Numbered from the stretch's first letter, positions 25,363-38,714 are shown. The stretch is 64,000 nt of DNA from Kudoa neothunni (GCA_964304625.1 OZ199838.1:8479704-8543703); one strand, 5' to 3'. Numbers and translations are program-made. The notes: a model not told the origin generated them from the letters alone.

Positions 25363-26661
25363 CCGGATTTTGCATCCAAAGTCGAACTTTAAACATTCTA
25401 AATGACCTTTTTTTTGGTCACGAATTGAACTTTTAGACGAGTTGTACCGAATTGTTCTCACGTTGGTTAGAATGTCAAAGCAGCGAAGTCATTCGAATAG
25501 GAACCGCGAGAGAGTGATAGATTTGGTTGTAAATAGGGGTAAGAGCCAGCGAGAAGTTGCTGAATTTTTTGGCATTCCCAAATCAACTCTTTGTGGAATA
25601 ATCAATAACTATAGAAGTTCAGAAAAAATCCATAAAGCACCTAAGGGAGGTTGTAGAAATATTTCCCTTACTTCAGAGGTGAAGAACAACTTGATAAAAT
25701 TAATAGAGGATGACTGCACCATCACATTACAATCGATGATTGACAAGCTGAACCTGACCGTCCATCCTACTACGGTTTGGAGATGGTTAAAATCAATGAA
25801 CATGACATTCAAACTTGCGAGACCTATTCCACAAAGTAGAAATTGCGAATCAGTTAAACTGGAGTGAAGAGTGTATGCAGAGTGGTATTCAAGCATCTCC
25901 ATTGATAGGAGATACAATAACGTAATATTTGTGGACGAAAGTCCTTTTACTCTACATATATTGAAGAATCATGGAAGAGTGCTGAGGGGCCAGACTCCTA
26001 ATCCTGTGATTAGGAACAGTAGGGGAGATAACATCACCACGATATTAGCTGTAAGTGCCACCAATGTAGTGCATTGTGAGGCGGTTTTTAGTAACGTTAA
26101 TCATGAGATATTCCAAGGATTTTTGACAAAATTGAATGAAATTTTAGGAAGTGACGATTTCACGATCGTCATGGATAATGTTCGCTTTCATCATACCAAT
26201 ATGGAATTTTATGATGAATATGATTACAAAGTAGTTTACTTGCCAAGGTATAGCCCTTTCTTAAATCCCTGTGAGGAAGTTTTTTCCCAAATAAAATCAA
26301 AAATTCGGCGCGACGGCCCTATAAGAGGAAGAGATGATCTCCTCAATAGGATGAAAGAAGCCTCCAATGCTGTAAGTTCCAATAATTTGAAGAATTATTA
26401 TCAGCATGCGGAAACTTTCCTTGGAAAATGTCATGCATTACTTGATATTGAAAGAAATTAACTGAAATGTAAAATAACAATTTATCGATTACTTTTTGTT
26501 TAGTTGCGTTACGTACTCTCTTTCATTGCATTAACTAAGCTCTAATACACCTTAACAATAAATCTAATATTTTTAATTTCTATTTTTTAATGACTTTAAA
26601 TTTGGTTATTAAAATTTCGACTTTGACTATCAAATAGTTCGACTTTGGATGCAAAACCCGG
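25363..26661 (+). mobile_element. Tc1/IS630-like transposon, 1299 bp
   Basis: TA TSD; 26-bp TIRs CCGG(A/G)TTTTGCATCCAAAGTCGAACT; the empty site is visible in the second Helitron copy near 43120-43140. Confidence 0.95.
25472..26461 (+). pseudogene. Tc1/IS630-family transposase (~329 aa, DD32E) with one in-frame TGA
   Basis: Paired HTH N-terminus, then IFVDES, VMDNVRFH and LPRYSPFLNPCEE. The only lesion seen is TGA at 25865-25867. Confidence 0.92.
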
Positions 26662-27922
26662 TAACATCCTTTATAAAATTGCAAAAAAGAGTAAAAATCA
26701 ACATTTCGTAACCAGAAGGATTAATTTTTATCGCAACATTTTGAAAGGGACTGAAAATCCTATCAAAGTTACCCAATGATTTTGTTTAATAAATAAATGA
26801 ACTTTAATCGTTAATTAAATTGCTCATGAAATTAAGGTAGTCATATTTTTGGTCAATCATTTGTAAAATAAACTTAAAAATACTCATTAGTTTCCCTCAA
26901 TACCTCTATTTATATTTGAATGGAAAGTGCGCGCATAATTTTGTTTTTCTAAATCATCACATTGCCAAATAATGACAAGTTTAAAATGCATAAATTAAAA
27001 TAGAAAATTTTTCGTCACATAGTATCAGAAAAACTTGAGCATTAGCGCTAGTTCATAATATTTTCGGTCGTAGTTTTAGATGGCGTAGGTTGTTTGACTC
27101 TCCAAACAATTCCATTTTTGCCGATAGTTGGATTCCCAGTAACATCGACTGCTAAGGATTCCTCCGAAATTTCAGAAGGTTCAGATACAAAGTCATCAAA
27201 TTCACTTTCTGATGATAGTAAATCTTTACTATATATCTCAGATTCGCTCAGTGACATTTTCCAAATAAAACCACATGTGCGCATGTATTAAGATTCGAAA
27301 ACACGTTTCTTAGAGATGTGATATAATTTAATGTAGTATTCGAATTTTTAAATGCCAAGAATTATCAATTTAATTTAAAAATGGAAGTTTATCCATTATT
27401 GTACACAAAATAAAATATTCACAATAATATTTAGTTTACGATCCTGCGCGAGGAAAGTACCAAATGAAACGTAAAGGATTAAGTGGAATTATCTGATACA
27501 TTTTCCGCGGTTTTACTCAAAGTATAACCAATAGATTTCTAAAATATTCCATCGCTTCATTATTTAGATTTTTTTCGATAAATTCATTAAAAAACCTAGG
27601 TTCTAATTGACCCCAAGGTCTTTGGGGTGTTGTTTTTTGGTCTTTAGAAGGTTAATATAATGTTAGTAAAAATATTTCTCCAGAATAAAAAGGAATCCAT
27701 TTTTAAATCTCTTTTTTGGAGGAGTGCGGAGTTGTCCTCCTAAGTGGTAGGGGGTGCAGAAATTAAAATGATTTGTGAAGCGCTGACTTATCTTTTAAAA
27801 ATTATCAAAAAAGGAACAATTTCAGATACTCACCACTCACCTGTCTTAGGGCTTGTTAATGCTTCGATTGTCGGCGAAACAACGTGAGACATGTGTCTGC
27901 GCACCAGAACCTAAAAATTAAG

Positions 27923-30695
27923 ATGGTTAAGCCGTTGAACTCTCCAATATTTTTATTTGCCCTGATTTTGGTTGTACTATTTTCACTAAATTTTAAATTT
28001 ATTGAACTGTCCCAAATTCAGTACGATGGCGATGTCGACGATGAAATTGATATTGAGCCGATCGGTGAAAATTATCGTTATCAACATCAACAAATCAATG
28101 GTATTGAGCTTTTTAAAAAAAAACATTAATTTTTCTAGAATCTGCTATTGAATATGAGTCCAAAAAATCCGAAGACTCTGTAAGATTGAGAAATATGAAA
28201 AAATCGGCACCCAAATTAGTAATATAAGTTATTTTCCAATTTTTGAATAATTTTCCATCTAGAATATTTTGTGGAGTAGATTACCTGAGTATAAAATAGA
28301 GTTAATTTTTGTGGGAATTGCTCTTTTGCTTATGGTTGTCTATTTGATGGGATCTAATATTAATACTTCGATTTCTCAGCAATGGTATTTACTGTTATAT
28401 TATCGTGGAGGCATAAATCAAAAAATAATTGCGTTTATCAATCCATAGGATTAATCGAAATAAAGCATACTTAAAATCACAATTTGATTTTTGCGGTATG
28501 TGTACTGAGAATATGCTATTATAAAAATCAAGTAATTTACTTTTACCAGGTAACACCAACCTAAATTCTGCTAACTTTATCCAAATCGATGATAAAAAAT
28601 TTATTCTCTGGTGTACTGGAAGTAAATTTTGCAAAGGAGCTCTATTAGAGTTGGATGTAGGGTCGAAAATTAATAATGATCAACTTTGTACATTGTTCTT
28701 TTTAGTTATTTCCTCGACAATCATTGATAGATATATTTTGGATACTGCTTTCGAGGCGCCAAACAAAGGATTCATTGGTATCTTTTTGATTCATGTTTAC
28801 TTTTTAACATTGGTACGTGCTAATAAATGAAATTCTATTTTTACTTTAGAAATTGACCATCTACCTCAACAATGACACTGAAATTCCTATTTTGGTTATG
28901 GGAGATAAACAAATTCTCGCCAAGGATGCTATGTTGAAGGCACATGTAAAGTTTTGATTCGAATAAGTTGTTCAATTTTTTATTGTTTAGACTCAATTCT
29001 GTAAGGAAAGAAAGATTGATGTGATATTTGAAAACAAAAACTCCATCCCAACTAATTTGGTGGTTACCTCGGAGTTGAATGAGTTCTATTCTGCCATTTC
29101 AAAGAAATCGGTATATTAAATTAATTATTATAATGATAATAATAGCCTTTGAGATTTATCTCTTAATTTATTTTTATTTCGACAAATGAAACAATTTAAC
29201 TTGGTCATTTCGGAGTTAAATCCTTCCGGGCGTTGATAGGATTAATTTTACTACAAAAAACTTTACCATTTATTTTATATATTCTAATGGAATCCCAATA
29301 GCGCCTTAACTTTTGCCTTTTATCCAAAAAATATAGCATATGAAAATAAACTTATTATGAATGTTTACTGATTTTTTTTAATGTGCTATCGAAATTCTTA
29401 CACTGACCTCTTGGGGATCGAATTGATCTCAGCTTAAAATAACATGAGTTAAACTTTTAATAATATTTTTTATAACTTTATCGAGATAAAGATCTAATTA
29501 CAGAACTTAACAGATTAAACGAAAAATAAAAATTTGACGTAGATAAATGAAAAGTCGAGAGAATACACTTGAAAAATGAGTGATTTTTAGTGTGTTAACT
29601 TCAGAAAATGTATTTCAAGCGATTGAAATTGTTAAGAATAAACGATTGTATGATTTCTCCCTCAGAATTATTGGGATATGATTACGAGACAATTAAAAAT
29701 AAAAATATTATTTCCTGGGAGAATGATAGGTTAGAGCTTGTGAGAGTTTCAATATGGAACAGCAGTGTCAAATTTTTGTAATATAAAACTTTAGTTTAGA
29801 TTGGCTCTAAAATTTTATAATAACTAACAAAAATATCGAATTAATTAAATTTATCACGTATAACATTAAATGTGTTAGTCAAATTTATTCTATAGTCAAG
29901 ATAGTTTGATATACACCCGATTAACTGTCCTTTGATGTTTAGTTTGGACAGCTGTTCAGAAAGTATCACTCAATTATAAGATCAGTTCTATTCACCGATC
30001 TTAAATACGACGAGTGTGTATTATTGTTGACTGCTGGCCTTATTTCTAAAACGGTGCTATAGATTTGAGAAAGAATTCACTATTTCTGAACTTGATGATA
30101 ACAATAAAAATGAAATATCAAAGTCTAAAACTATAACGATTGATTTGCAATGTAAACTATAATTCTAAATATTAGCTATATCATTCATTATAGTCGAAAG
30201 TGGTTTCTTTAAATCCGAATTATGTTCAGATGTTGATTTTGGCGATTTTTTCGAAATATGGATGAAATCGGTTGAACAAATATCCCTCTCCAGTAATTTT
30301 TTCATCAGCAAGGAAGTACAATTATATTATTTAAAGTCGCCAGAACCTTACATGTTTATAGGGTAAAAATAAATTATCAAAGGCTAGAGCTGATATCCAG
30401 GCCAAGATACAGAAAAAAGAACATCAACTTCGCGTTGAAGTATTATTTTATTTCCTTATTGATTTGTTGGCCAAAGTTAAATATAACCTATTAGAAAGCT
30501 ATGCAACGAAAAGATATGAAAGTTAGGGAGGAAAATGAAAAGATTATGAGCACATCTAATCCTGTTCTTCAAATGAAATTACAGGTACCTATTTTTTGAG
30601 TTCGTTTTATCAACGAATTATAGGCAAAGAAAGAAAAGAGAGAACAACGAAATGCGAAGAAAAAGATGGCGAAATCAGTCAAAATTGTCTCATAA
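27923..30695 (+). CDS. CCDC47: PAT complex subunit CCDC47-like ER membrane protein, 14 exons
   Basis: Signal peptide, acidic lumenal stretch, TM segment ending YLMGSNIN, then FILWCTGSKFCKGALLELD/LFPRQSL and a basic coiled-coil C-terminus (EKIMSTSNPVLQMKLQ...KKKMAKSVKIVS*). Thirteen GT-AG introns, one of ~830 nt (29111-29942); open throughout. Confidence 0.85.
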
Positions 30696-31119
30696 AAATT
30701 TTGTTCCGATCTAACAATACTGCTAATGAGAACATAAAACTTTGTAGCTAAAGTATCAAATTTTAGATCAAATGAATAATTATTTATAGAAGTATGATTT
30801 GTAAATTAATGTTTTTGTCATATATTTGTGCGAAATTGAATTTGCTTTGGGTTTATTTTGTAATCTTTGGACTATAAATATTTGAAAAGCTTATTAAAAT
30901 TAGTTGCATATAATTGTCTTATAACAGTCCAGCCTACATATAGATAATTTTCAAATTTCGGTATGTGTAAAATTTTAAATTGTAACGACTGGCTGAGTGA
31001 TGATATTAAATGGATTAGGGTTTGTACGTAATTGTTTTTTTGAAGAAATTTTCCTAATCTGTTATATTTAATTATTTCTGACCAGTCGTTTCGCTCTTAG
31101 GGCAACAAATAATTAAATA

Positions 31120-32690
31120 CAGTCGAACCTCGATTATCCGGAAAATTTGGGACCCGCGATTTTCTTTCCGGATAGCGAGGTTCCGGTTAATCGATCGTAA
31201 ACAACGCCTTGAGCGCGCGCGGTTTTTTAAATTTCTACTTAAACGATTGTTTGTTTGATTTATAATTTTTTTCTATTTATTAAGTAAAATATTTTAACTT
31301 CTGCCATTTAAATTAAAAACGTTGACATATCTATTAACTGAGAATACGGAGACTTAAAAGAAAAACAATACGTAATTATGGCAGCTTCTACACGTCTACA
31401 GAGGAATAACCTACTTTTTTAAATAATCGATAATTAATGTTCGTTTAATGTATATACAAGCATGTGTTCAGATATAGCGAAAATTTATATAAAAACTGAA
31501 AGTTTAACTTAAGTTTTACAAGAAAAATATATTAATAAATAACCTAGAAATATTGTTTTAAATACTGCATTGGTATGTACCAGGGGTGGCCAGACTTGCC
31601 CAGATCGGGAGCAAACTTTAAGGTTGCCAAAATTTTCAAGAGCTACATGGCATCAAAATAATTTATGTACCTATTCCTTATTTATAACTTACATTTTTAG
31701 AAAATTTCTGGTAAATATTTAGATAAAATGTTGTAGAATTATAAAAAAGGTTGTTTCATTTTTTTTATTTAGTTAATCCCTTGAAAACTTACATATAATT
31801 TTTACAGGTATAATTTTTGATGGTTTTTTCAAAAAGTAAATTAATAGTTAATGACCTAATAAACTTTTTCTCTATGTAGAAGGTCGAAAAAATAATAAAA
31901 TATTTGTCATATTTAATCATGTGATGGTCTGACAAAAAATAAAGTAAATTATTTACGAATAACATAATAACACAAGAATTTAATGCTTTCGAAATTGTTT
32001 CTAATGTAAAAAGGTTTTTTTGTTTCCATATTATCAGTAAGTTGACGGTAATCAGGTTTGTATGCTGTTAGCGCTGTACGAATCAGTTCCATCAGGTGTT
32101 TGTTTGCGGGGAAGGGATCCGCGATGCTCTGATTTTACAAATTTCATCGTTGAATAAATAAACTCACAACAATAAGTTGTTCCAAAGATAGAAACAAGTT
32201 TGAGGCGAATTTCTTTTAAATTTGAATATTTAGTTTCTAGAACGTATTTCCACAATTCGCTTGGTGAGATGGAATTATGAATCATGTTTAAAGCTTTAAT
32301 GAATGCTTTATTCTTTCGATATCTATCATTTTGATAATGGATAAACATTAATTCTAAGTGTACTCTCTAATTAATATGTAATAATTCAAGTTTGTATCAA
32401 ATATTAAAACTACATGGTAGTTTGTAATTATGTTTTCTAATCAAAAATATTATCTAGTTTAAGATTAAATATTTAATTTCTTCGCTTGATTAAATAGTTT
32501 AAATTTTGTACTTTTCTAAATTAACGTGCTGGTTGAATTAAAAAAAAAGTTCAACTAAAAACCTTTTTTTTCAAGGGTCACGGTTTGGCCACCCTTGGTA
32601 TATATGCTACATTGTATGTCGTACGGTGATGGGTGGTACTTTTATCCGGAAATATGATTAAATAGTTATACCGGTTTCCGGATAATCGAA
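31120..32690. mobile_element. pogo/Tigger-type non-autonomous element hosting a hAT insertion
   Basis: Left end TA-CAGTCGAACCTCGATTATCCGG; partial inverted match CCGGATAATCGA at ~32678-32689; right tip eroded. Confidence 0.6.
31581..32597 (-). mobile_element. Non-autonomous hAT (GTF2IRD2/Buster-like), copy 1
   Basis: TIRs CAGGGGTGGCCA and TGGCCACCCTTG; TSD gtatgtac/gtatatat. Retains only the C-terminal domain (LVSIFGTTYCCEFIYSTMKFVKS). Direct homolog at 44413-45417. Confidence 0.9.
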
Positions 32691-33551
32691 TATTTATCCA
32701 CACGTAATGTCAATAAAATCCAAATAAAATTTAAATATTAACATTATAATATGTCAATTAACAATTACAGTTTGAAACAATCTGTTAGAAATGTTTTTAT
32801 CGTCATATTTTATAATTTAAGCTATACTTACAATCATTGGGTAGAAATGATTCAAGTTATCATTTTTTTATACGAAACGTTGGGCGTATTTCTGAGAGAG
32901 CATTTTTGGTTTCTCTGTACTCACAACATTTGACATGACCATTTTTACTGAAACTATCACTGTGTTGGGGATTATCACTTTAATTTGATCTCATTTTTTC
33001 GGTCCATTGTTAATATTTATCATTGGTAATTATAAATTATAGGTGTTTTAAGGATTCAAAAAGATTTAGATTAAATTACTAAAATTTCATAATTTTTAAT
33101 AATTTTTTAGTTTATATATTATTAAAATTATGTTCCTTCTTAATTAAAACGATATATTATTACTAATGAAATATTTTTCATATAGTTTTTTTTAAATCGT
33201 TATGTTCTATATTCTGATATCAATTCATGAGTTGTTTGTAATAAAAAAATAAAGCGCCTATAATAATAACATTATAAAAACACAAAATTTCATTAATTGG
33301 CTAAAAACTCTCGAAATACATTAGATGTTTCATGACATATTTTATATTCAATTGTTTATAAGTCAACTCGTTATCGATAGAACCACTCTCTTAATTAACA
33401 TTAGCACGTACGCGTAAAAATATAACACTACTGCACAACAGGGTCCAATGGACCTTGTTCGTACGTACAAGTGTTAACGTTTTAAAGAGCACCGTGGATT
33501 GAGGTTGTTTAGATAAATAAAATGAAATTCAGCACAACACACAAATATCTA

Positions 33552-36515
33552 TTATGCGGTATAAACAACTTCGTCTTTGCGTTTTTTTTGAATAACTGTT
33601 CCAGGCTTGTGTAAAGCTTCCGGATGGTGTAATAATTCGTTGGGGCATATACTTGCTGGACTTTGCATCAGCATCGTTCTCAAGTCGTAATACAAATGGG
33701 TATCGTCAGGAGTGAGGAAAGTGATTGCAATACCATTCTTACCAGCACGACCAGTTCTACCAACACGATGAGTGTAATCCTCGATAGTTTTGGGAACGTC
33801 ATAGTTTAAAACTAAAGAAACATCCTTCACATCTATACCACGACTGGCGACGTCAGTTGCCACCAGAATGAATTTGGCGCCGGTTTTAACTTCACGTAAA
33901 GATGCTTCTCTATATATCACCATTGATCGAATATAAACGCCAAAATATTTTTACCTTTGTTCCTGGCTTTTACCACCATGCAAAGACACAGCCGAATACT
34001 ATAAGCATTCAAACCATCGAGAGATAAAAACAAAAAACATTTACTCCGATTTTATCCAATGACTTGGCCAATAGATCAGCTCCTTTTTTCTGATTAACAA
34101 ATATAATGATAGGAGGTCCATAAATTTCAGACTCGAGAATTTCAAGCAATCGTTTCCTACATATATAATCATAACCAACTAGTTCGCTGGAATTATCAAA
34201 GGATTACTTCTTCTTAGCTTCACTAACCATTTCAAACGCGTTGTTCAACGCGTTCCACGGGTTTACCAACCGTACCAATGTAAATTGTAACCGGTCGTCT
34301 ATCCAACCTTAATTCAAACTAGTTCCTAGTAACTCAAATACCTCAGATATTGTTGAGCAAGTCTTTCGATTGCTGGTGACATTGTTGCTGTAAACATACA
34401 CGTCTAATTACATACAAATTTAAAAACAAAATGATTATTTTAGCGATAAAAAGACTAAAGAAAGTCGTAAATTTTATAATTATTTAATCACTGTTCGTGA
34501 ATTTATGAAATGAATATAATTTTTGTTACTTGTCTGTATTTTTCTCTATTTCCTAAGCTGATTTTCAATTGATCAACATCTTCAGTTTCTTCAGAGTCCG
34601 GTTTTATGTTGGTTAGAGGTAGATAATCAAGAACTGCTTTTCAAACTCTCCTCAAAGCCCATATCAATCATACGATCTGCTTCGTCCAACACAATATAAG
34701 AACACTGAGAGAGAATGACATATCGAGATTCTATTTAATTAATTAAATAAACCATAATAAAACTGTAAGAGAAGAGTGTGTATCTCACCTAGCACATCCA
34801 AAAGACGACCCGGTGTCGCAATAATGATCTATTATCATAGAAAACCTTTGATTAGTTAAAATATAAATAACCTCACAACCCAATCTTAGCTGGAGACCTT
34901 GTTCCTCTTTTGACATCTAAAAAACCAATGTATAAAATTTCAGTAACTTTATTGGAACACATACACCACCAACTAGCGATACGGTTCTAATTCCTAGCGG
35001 TTTCGCAAATTTTATAGTTTCTTGTTCAATCTTAAATGGTTATTATTTGTAACAATTTTAAAATAGACCAACAAATAGATTATACTTGTGTAGCCAATTC
35101 TCTAGTTGGTGCTAAAATAATAGCGTACGGACTTTGACTTGAGTCAGTTATTCTAAAATTGACACAAATTATGATGGCATCATTATAAAATTCATATTCC
35201 AGAAAAAATACTGATTCACCCTAGGAAGATCCATAATCCACACCAACAAAGGGAGAACGAAAGCAGCAGTTTTACCACTACCAGTTTCAGCAATACCAAT
35301 AACATCACGATTCAGCATACCGACTGGAATGCCGATTTTTTGAATTGGAGTGGGATCCTCGTAACCCAACGAATAAACGACTTTAACAAGTTTTTTAGGA
35401 AGACCAGATTCTTCCCAATTTCTAATTGGATTAGGAACAGATCCACCTATAAATGTGTATTGTAATAAGAACTTAAATATCTTTAGACCCATTCTATATA
35501 CCTTTTGTAACTATACTAAAGTCCTCTTTGAAAATACGCCAATCTCTTGGAGTCATATCTTCAAGGGGTTTTTTAGTCCAGTGTCTATCTTTGTGGGCAA
35601 TTTTTTAGCCTTAGATCGTTCTTCACGTAGACGTTTCTTTTCACGTTGTTTTTCTAACTCAGACCGTCTGCTGTCCATCAAAATCTTCGTAGAACTTTGA
35701 TAACTCTTTCTTCTGTACTTTTATATCGATTCCCGCTATATGACCTCTCCCAAAAAGTTGGATTTGATGTTTGTTGCTGTATAGATCATTGTAATCGTGA
35801 GAAGTGTCTTCTTTGGCTTCCCAATCGAACACAAATTTTTTTTCGGTGTAGTGACGAGAACGCTTTTTCCGTTTAACAGCCCCTAAATACTTGTCCTTGA
35901 TAGCATTCAGTTGGGCGACTTCATAACTCTAAATCGAAAGTTATGTTTTGATACAGTTCAATTATATAATCAATTTACATCTGAATCCTTTATTTCATTT
36001 TGCACTGTTCCATTCTTATCCTTATTATCTGATCGGCGACTACTTCCACCACTGGTAGAACGGTACGAGCCCTCTTTATCAGCATAATTGTTGCCTTTTT
36101 AAGCATTAAAAAGACAAATAAATCAAAAAAATTCAACCTTCGATTTTAGCTTGTTTCATGAATTCTTCTCTTTTCTTTTTAGTCTCTTCATAAAGTTGCC
36201 GTTGTTTTGCAGCTTCTTCCTTTCTTCGTTCTATTGCTAGCTGTTGGCGTTCTTCTTTAGTGAGAAATTTCGGTCGTTCTTCTTGCTTCTTTTCATCTTC
36301 ATGTTTCTGCAATAATTCTTCTAGTGATAAAGGCTGCCTAGAAATAGTAAATTGATGAAGAATCACGAAAAACCTGTTTTTTGGGGGTTTCATTGACGTC
36401 AGTTGGGATTTCTTCGGTCAATTTAGAATCAGCCTCGTTTTCCCCCAACTTTTGATTCAGTCTCAATACGATTTTTTTTAGTTTTTGAACGATCTTTATT
36501 CTTATGGGACACCAT
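33552..36515 (-). CDS. DDX23: DEAD-box splicing helicase DDX23/PRP28, 15 exons, with 5 apparent homopolymer frameshifts
   Basis: Motifs [29 protein letters not shown]...[41 protein letters not shown] and [10 protein letters not shown]; 14 GT-AG introns. Confidence 0.95.
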
Positions 36516-36849
36516 TGCGCGATTTACACATGCGCAAGTTCTACTCACCCGACGAAGCGGCGCTCTATTCAAACCTTAATTTCGATTCTACTGCTTTTAT
36601 ATATTTATTTTATCTTCTGAAATGTAAAAAATTTATTCTCAAATTGTATTAAATTATATAACGATAATACCAACAATCTGTTTTCTTAATTAGTTTCGTG
36701 GGTTTTAGCTAGTTCGTTGATTACAATAAAAATTCGGTTGAATTTTTTAATCTAGAGATATTTTAGGGCAATTTTTACATTGATTCCTATTTAAATCGAC
36801 GGCAACAGCTAATAAACAGCTAATATCGTATTTGGATTATTGGCCGTAG

Positions 36850-38714
36850 ATTGTGAAATGTCTTATTAATCTGACAATGGGTGCATTGCACGCATATTGG
36901 ATCATTTGACTGGAGCTCGAGAAGGTCGCGAGTTTGAATTGCGCCCTTTCAGGGCCCGGCTTCACAATTCTCGCATTTTCTGGATCCATCTTTTTCTTTT
37001 CATTGTTGTTTTGAATATTTGTTTTAGATTGCTCTAAAAGTTCTATTGATAACTTTTTTAGGAATTGTCTTTTCGACTGAAGATTGTATTAACTAAGAAA
37101 TTGAGGGTCCTAGTCCCATGCAGTTGAAATGTGTTGTATGCCGCCGCATCTGTTATGCTCTATAATACAGCTAATGACCGGCGTCTAATACAATGATTCA
37201 AAATGTTTTCAACCTCATGGAATCTCTTATTGTTTGGGTAAAAATTGTTTCCCACATGCCTTTTTGTGGTTACTGTGTGAAGTCCTCAGCTAAAAAATAC
37301 ATTTTGATGAAAAATGATCATTATTTTAAATATTATAAATAACAAATATTTATATGTGAATGGACGAATCATTGATATGTGAATTAATAAGTGTACATTT
37401 AAAATTAATTATATACTTACATATATCATAAAAATTTGAAATTTTCCCCACAGAAAAAACTTTTCATTAATTCTTCAGATTAAAGAAAGTGATTTGAACC
37501 AAAAAAATAATTGATTTAAAACATTTTTTATTCCTCGTGGCAATCTTTGTAGTTAAATGAAAATAAGAAACTTTCTTATTTTATTCTTGGATCTGATAAA
37601 AACTTTGCGCAGAACGAGAAATAAAAGATTTCCGCGTCCGTCAAACTCCTGGCACTAGCTCTTTGAATCCTAAAGATTCGGTTGAATTCCAGTTGGGAAT
37701 CACGGATGTAAAACCTTAGTTTGTACCAAAAGTATTTTCAGAATTTGTTCACCTTTCGATTTAAGTTGGCTGTGGATATTTTTGTCATTGTCATCCCTCC
37801 GCAGGAATGACGTTTGATGAGACCTCAATTTCTGTATCGCTGTCAAAATCAGGGTCATCATTCTCACCGTTAATGGGTCCATCAATAATTGTGTCTATTT
37901 CCTCAACATCGTTGGATCGACTTATATCAGAATCATCTGATAAAAGAAACACAAAACCCTCGCCGTTATTCATTGTTACACTGGTCACTTCCTACTAACA
38001 CCCTGTTTTTTTCCAAAAAATGGCGTAGAATATCCAGAATAATGGAGAGTAGCACAGATGTGTCCGTAACATCTGCGAATACGCTGTAAGAATCTAGAAG
38101 ATTACGCAAAACTACGATAATTCCTTAACTGCCTGGATAATCGCACCATCCATGATCATCTGTAGACTTGTCACAATTGAATACATATTCAAACGATAAT
38201 TGTGCTCAAATAAGAATAAAAATTTGAAATTAAATTTCCGTACTAGTTCAATTTATTCAAATGTCATTGATATGAAATTTATAATGCATTATCCGGAAAA
38301 TCATAGGGATAGACTGGAGTGCCCACCTTACTAAACGCTTGGAAGTGAACATTCCTTCTAAAATTTATGCATCCATAACTCATTTTAACTTGAGGAAATT
38401 TAACTGGAAATATGAAAACATTCTTCAGATTCGACACGTAAAATATTAACATTATAAGACTTTCATTAGAATAGTAAATTCAAAACATACTTTGCTGGCC
38501 AGCGTATCCACCCAGGCATGCGCGGAACTTTTTTTAAATGGACGATCCATGTATCTTAGACTTTAAATAATTAACTACAATCTAATATGCGGAATAAAAA
38601 TTCCAGAGAAATAGAATACAAGAAATATGAATATTAAGAGACTTTAAAAAGTATATTATATTTTAAGAAAACCATCTACGTGGACACTCTGTCCGCGTTT
38701 AGGCATCGGAGGGG
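36850..38714 (-). mobile_element. Internally deleted piggyBac relic
   Basis: Right end CATCGGAGGGG-TTAA; acidic N-terminal ORF fragments at 37700-37988; C-terminal remnant (DAAAYNTF...KRQFLKKLSIEL) at ~37030-37190. Left boundary approximate. Confidence 0.65.

Larger units (their letters stand above)
24195..27051 (+). mobile_element. Non-autonomous Helitron, copy 1
   Basis: Begins TC, ends CTAG, and sits between host A and T with no TSD. Its removal restores the piggyBac frame ENIMNSYPGVT. Homologous to 42594-45431. Confidence 0.9.
22850..27478 (-). mobile_element. Degraded piggyBac transposon interrupted by a Helitron
   Basis: Acidic N-terminus with GKNGIVW...ENIM at 27257-27052 continues in frame at 24194. 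Motifs IIDEQL, KPAKYGIK, VADNFF and RRWPMIVFFNMLD. 5' end abuts TTAA at 27479; 3' end unresolved. Confidence 0.85.

Noticed and set aside
25865-25867. In-frame stops in transposases (TGA here, TAA at 10181 and 18667) as a sign of an alternative genetic code or readthrough
   Set aside because: Host genes end normally with TAG (ACTL6), TAA (CCDC47, DDX23) and TGA (NACA) and have no internal stops in their corrected frames. Point mutation in dead elements explains these stops.
34230-34240. Euplotes-style programmed +1 frameshift at GTT-TGA in DDX23
   Set aside because: The other four sites share no slippery-codon-plus-stop motif, and one is a -1 event.
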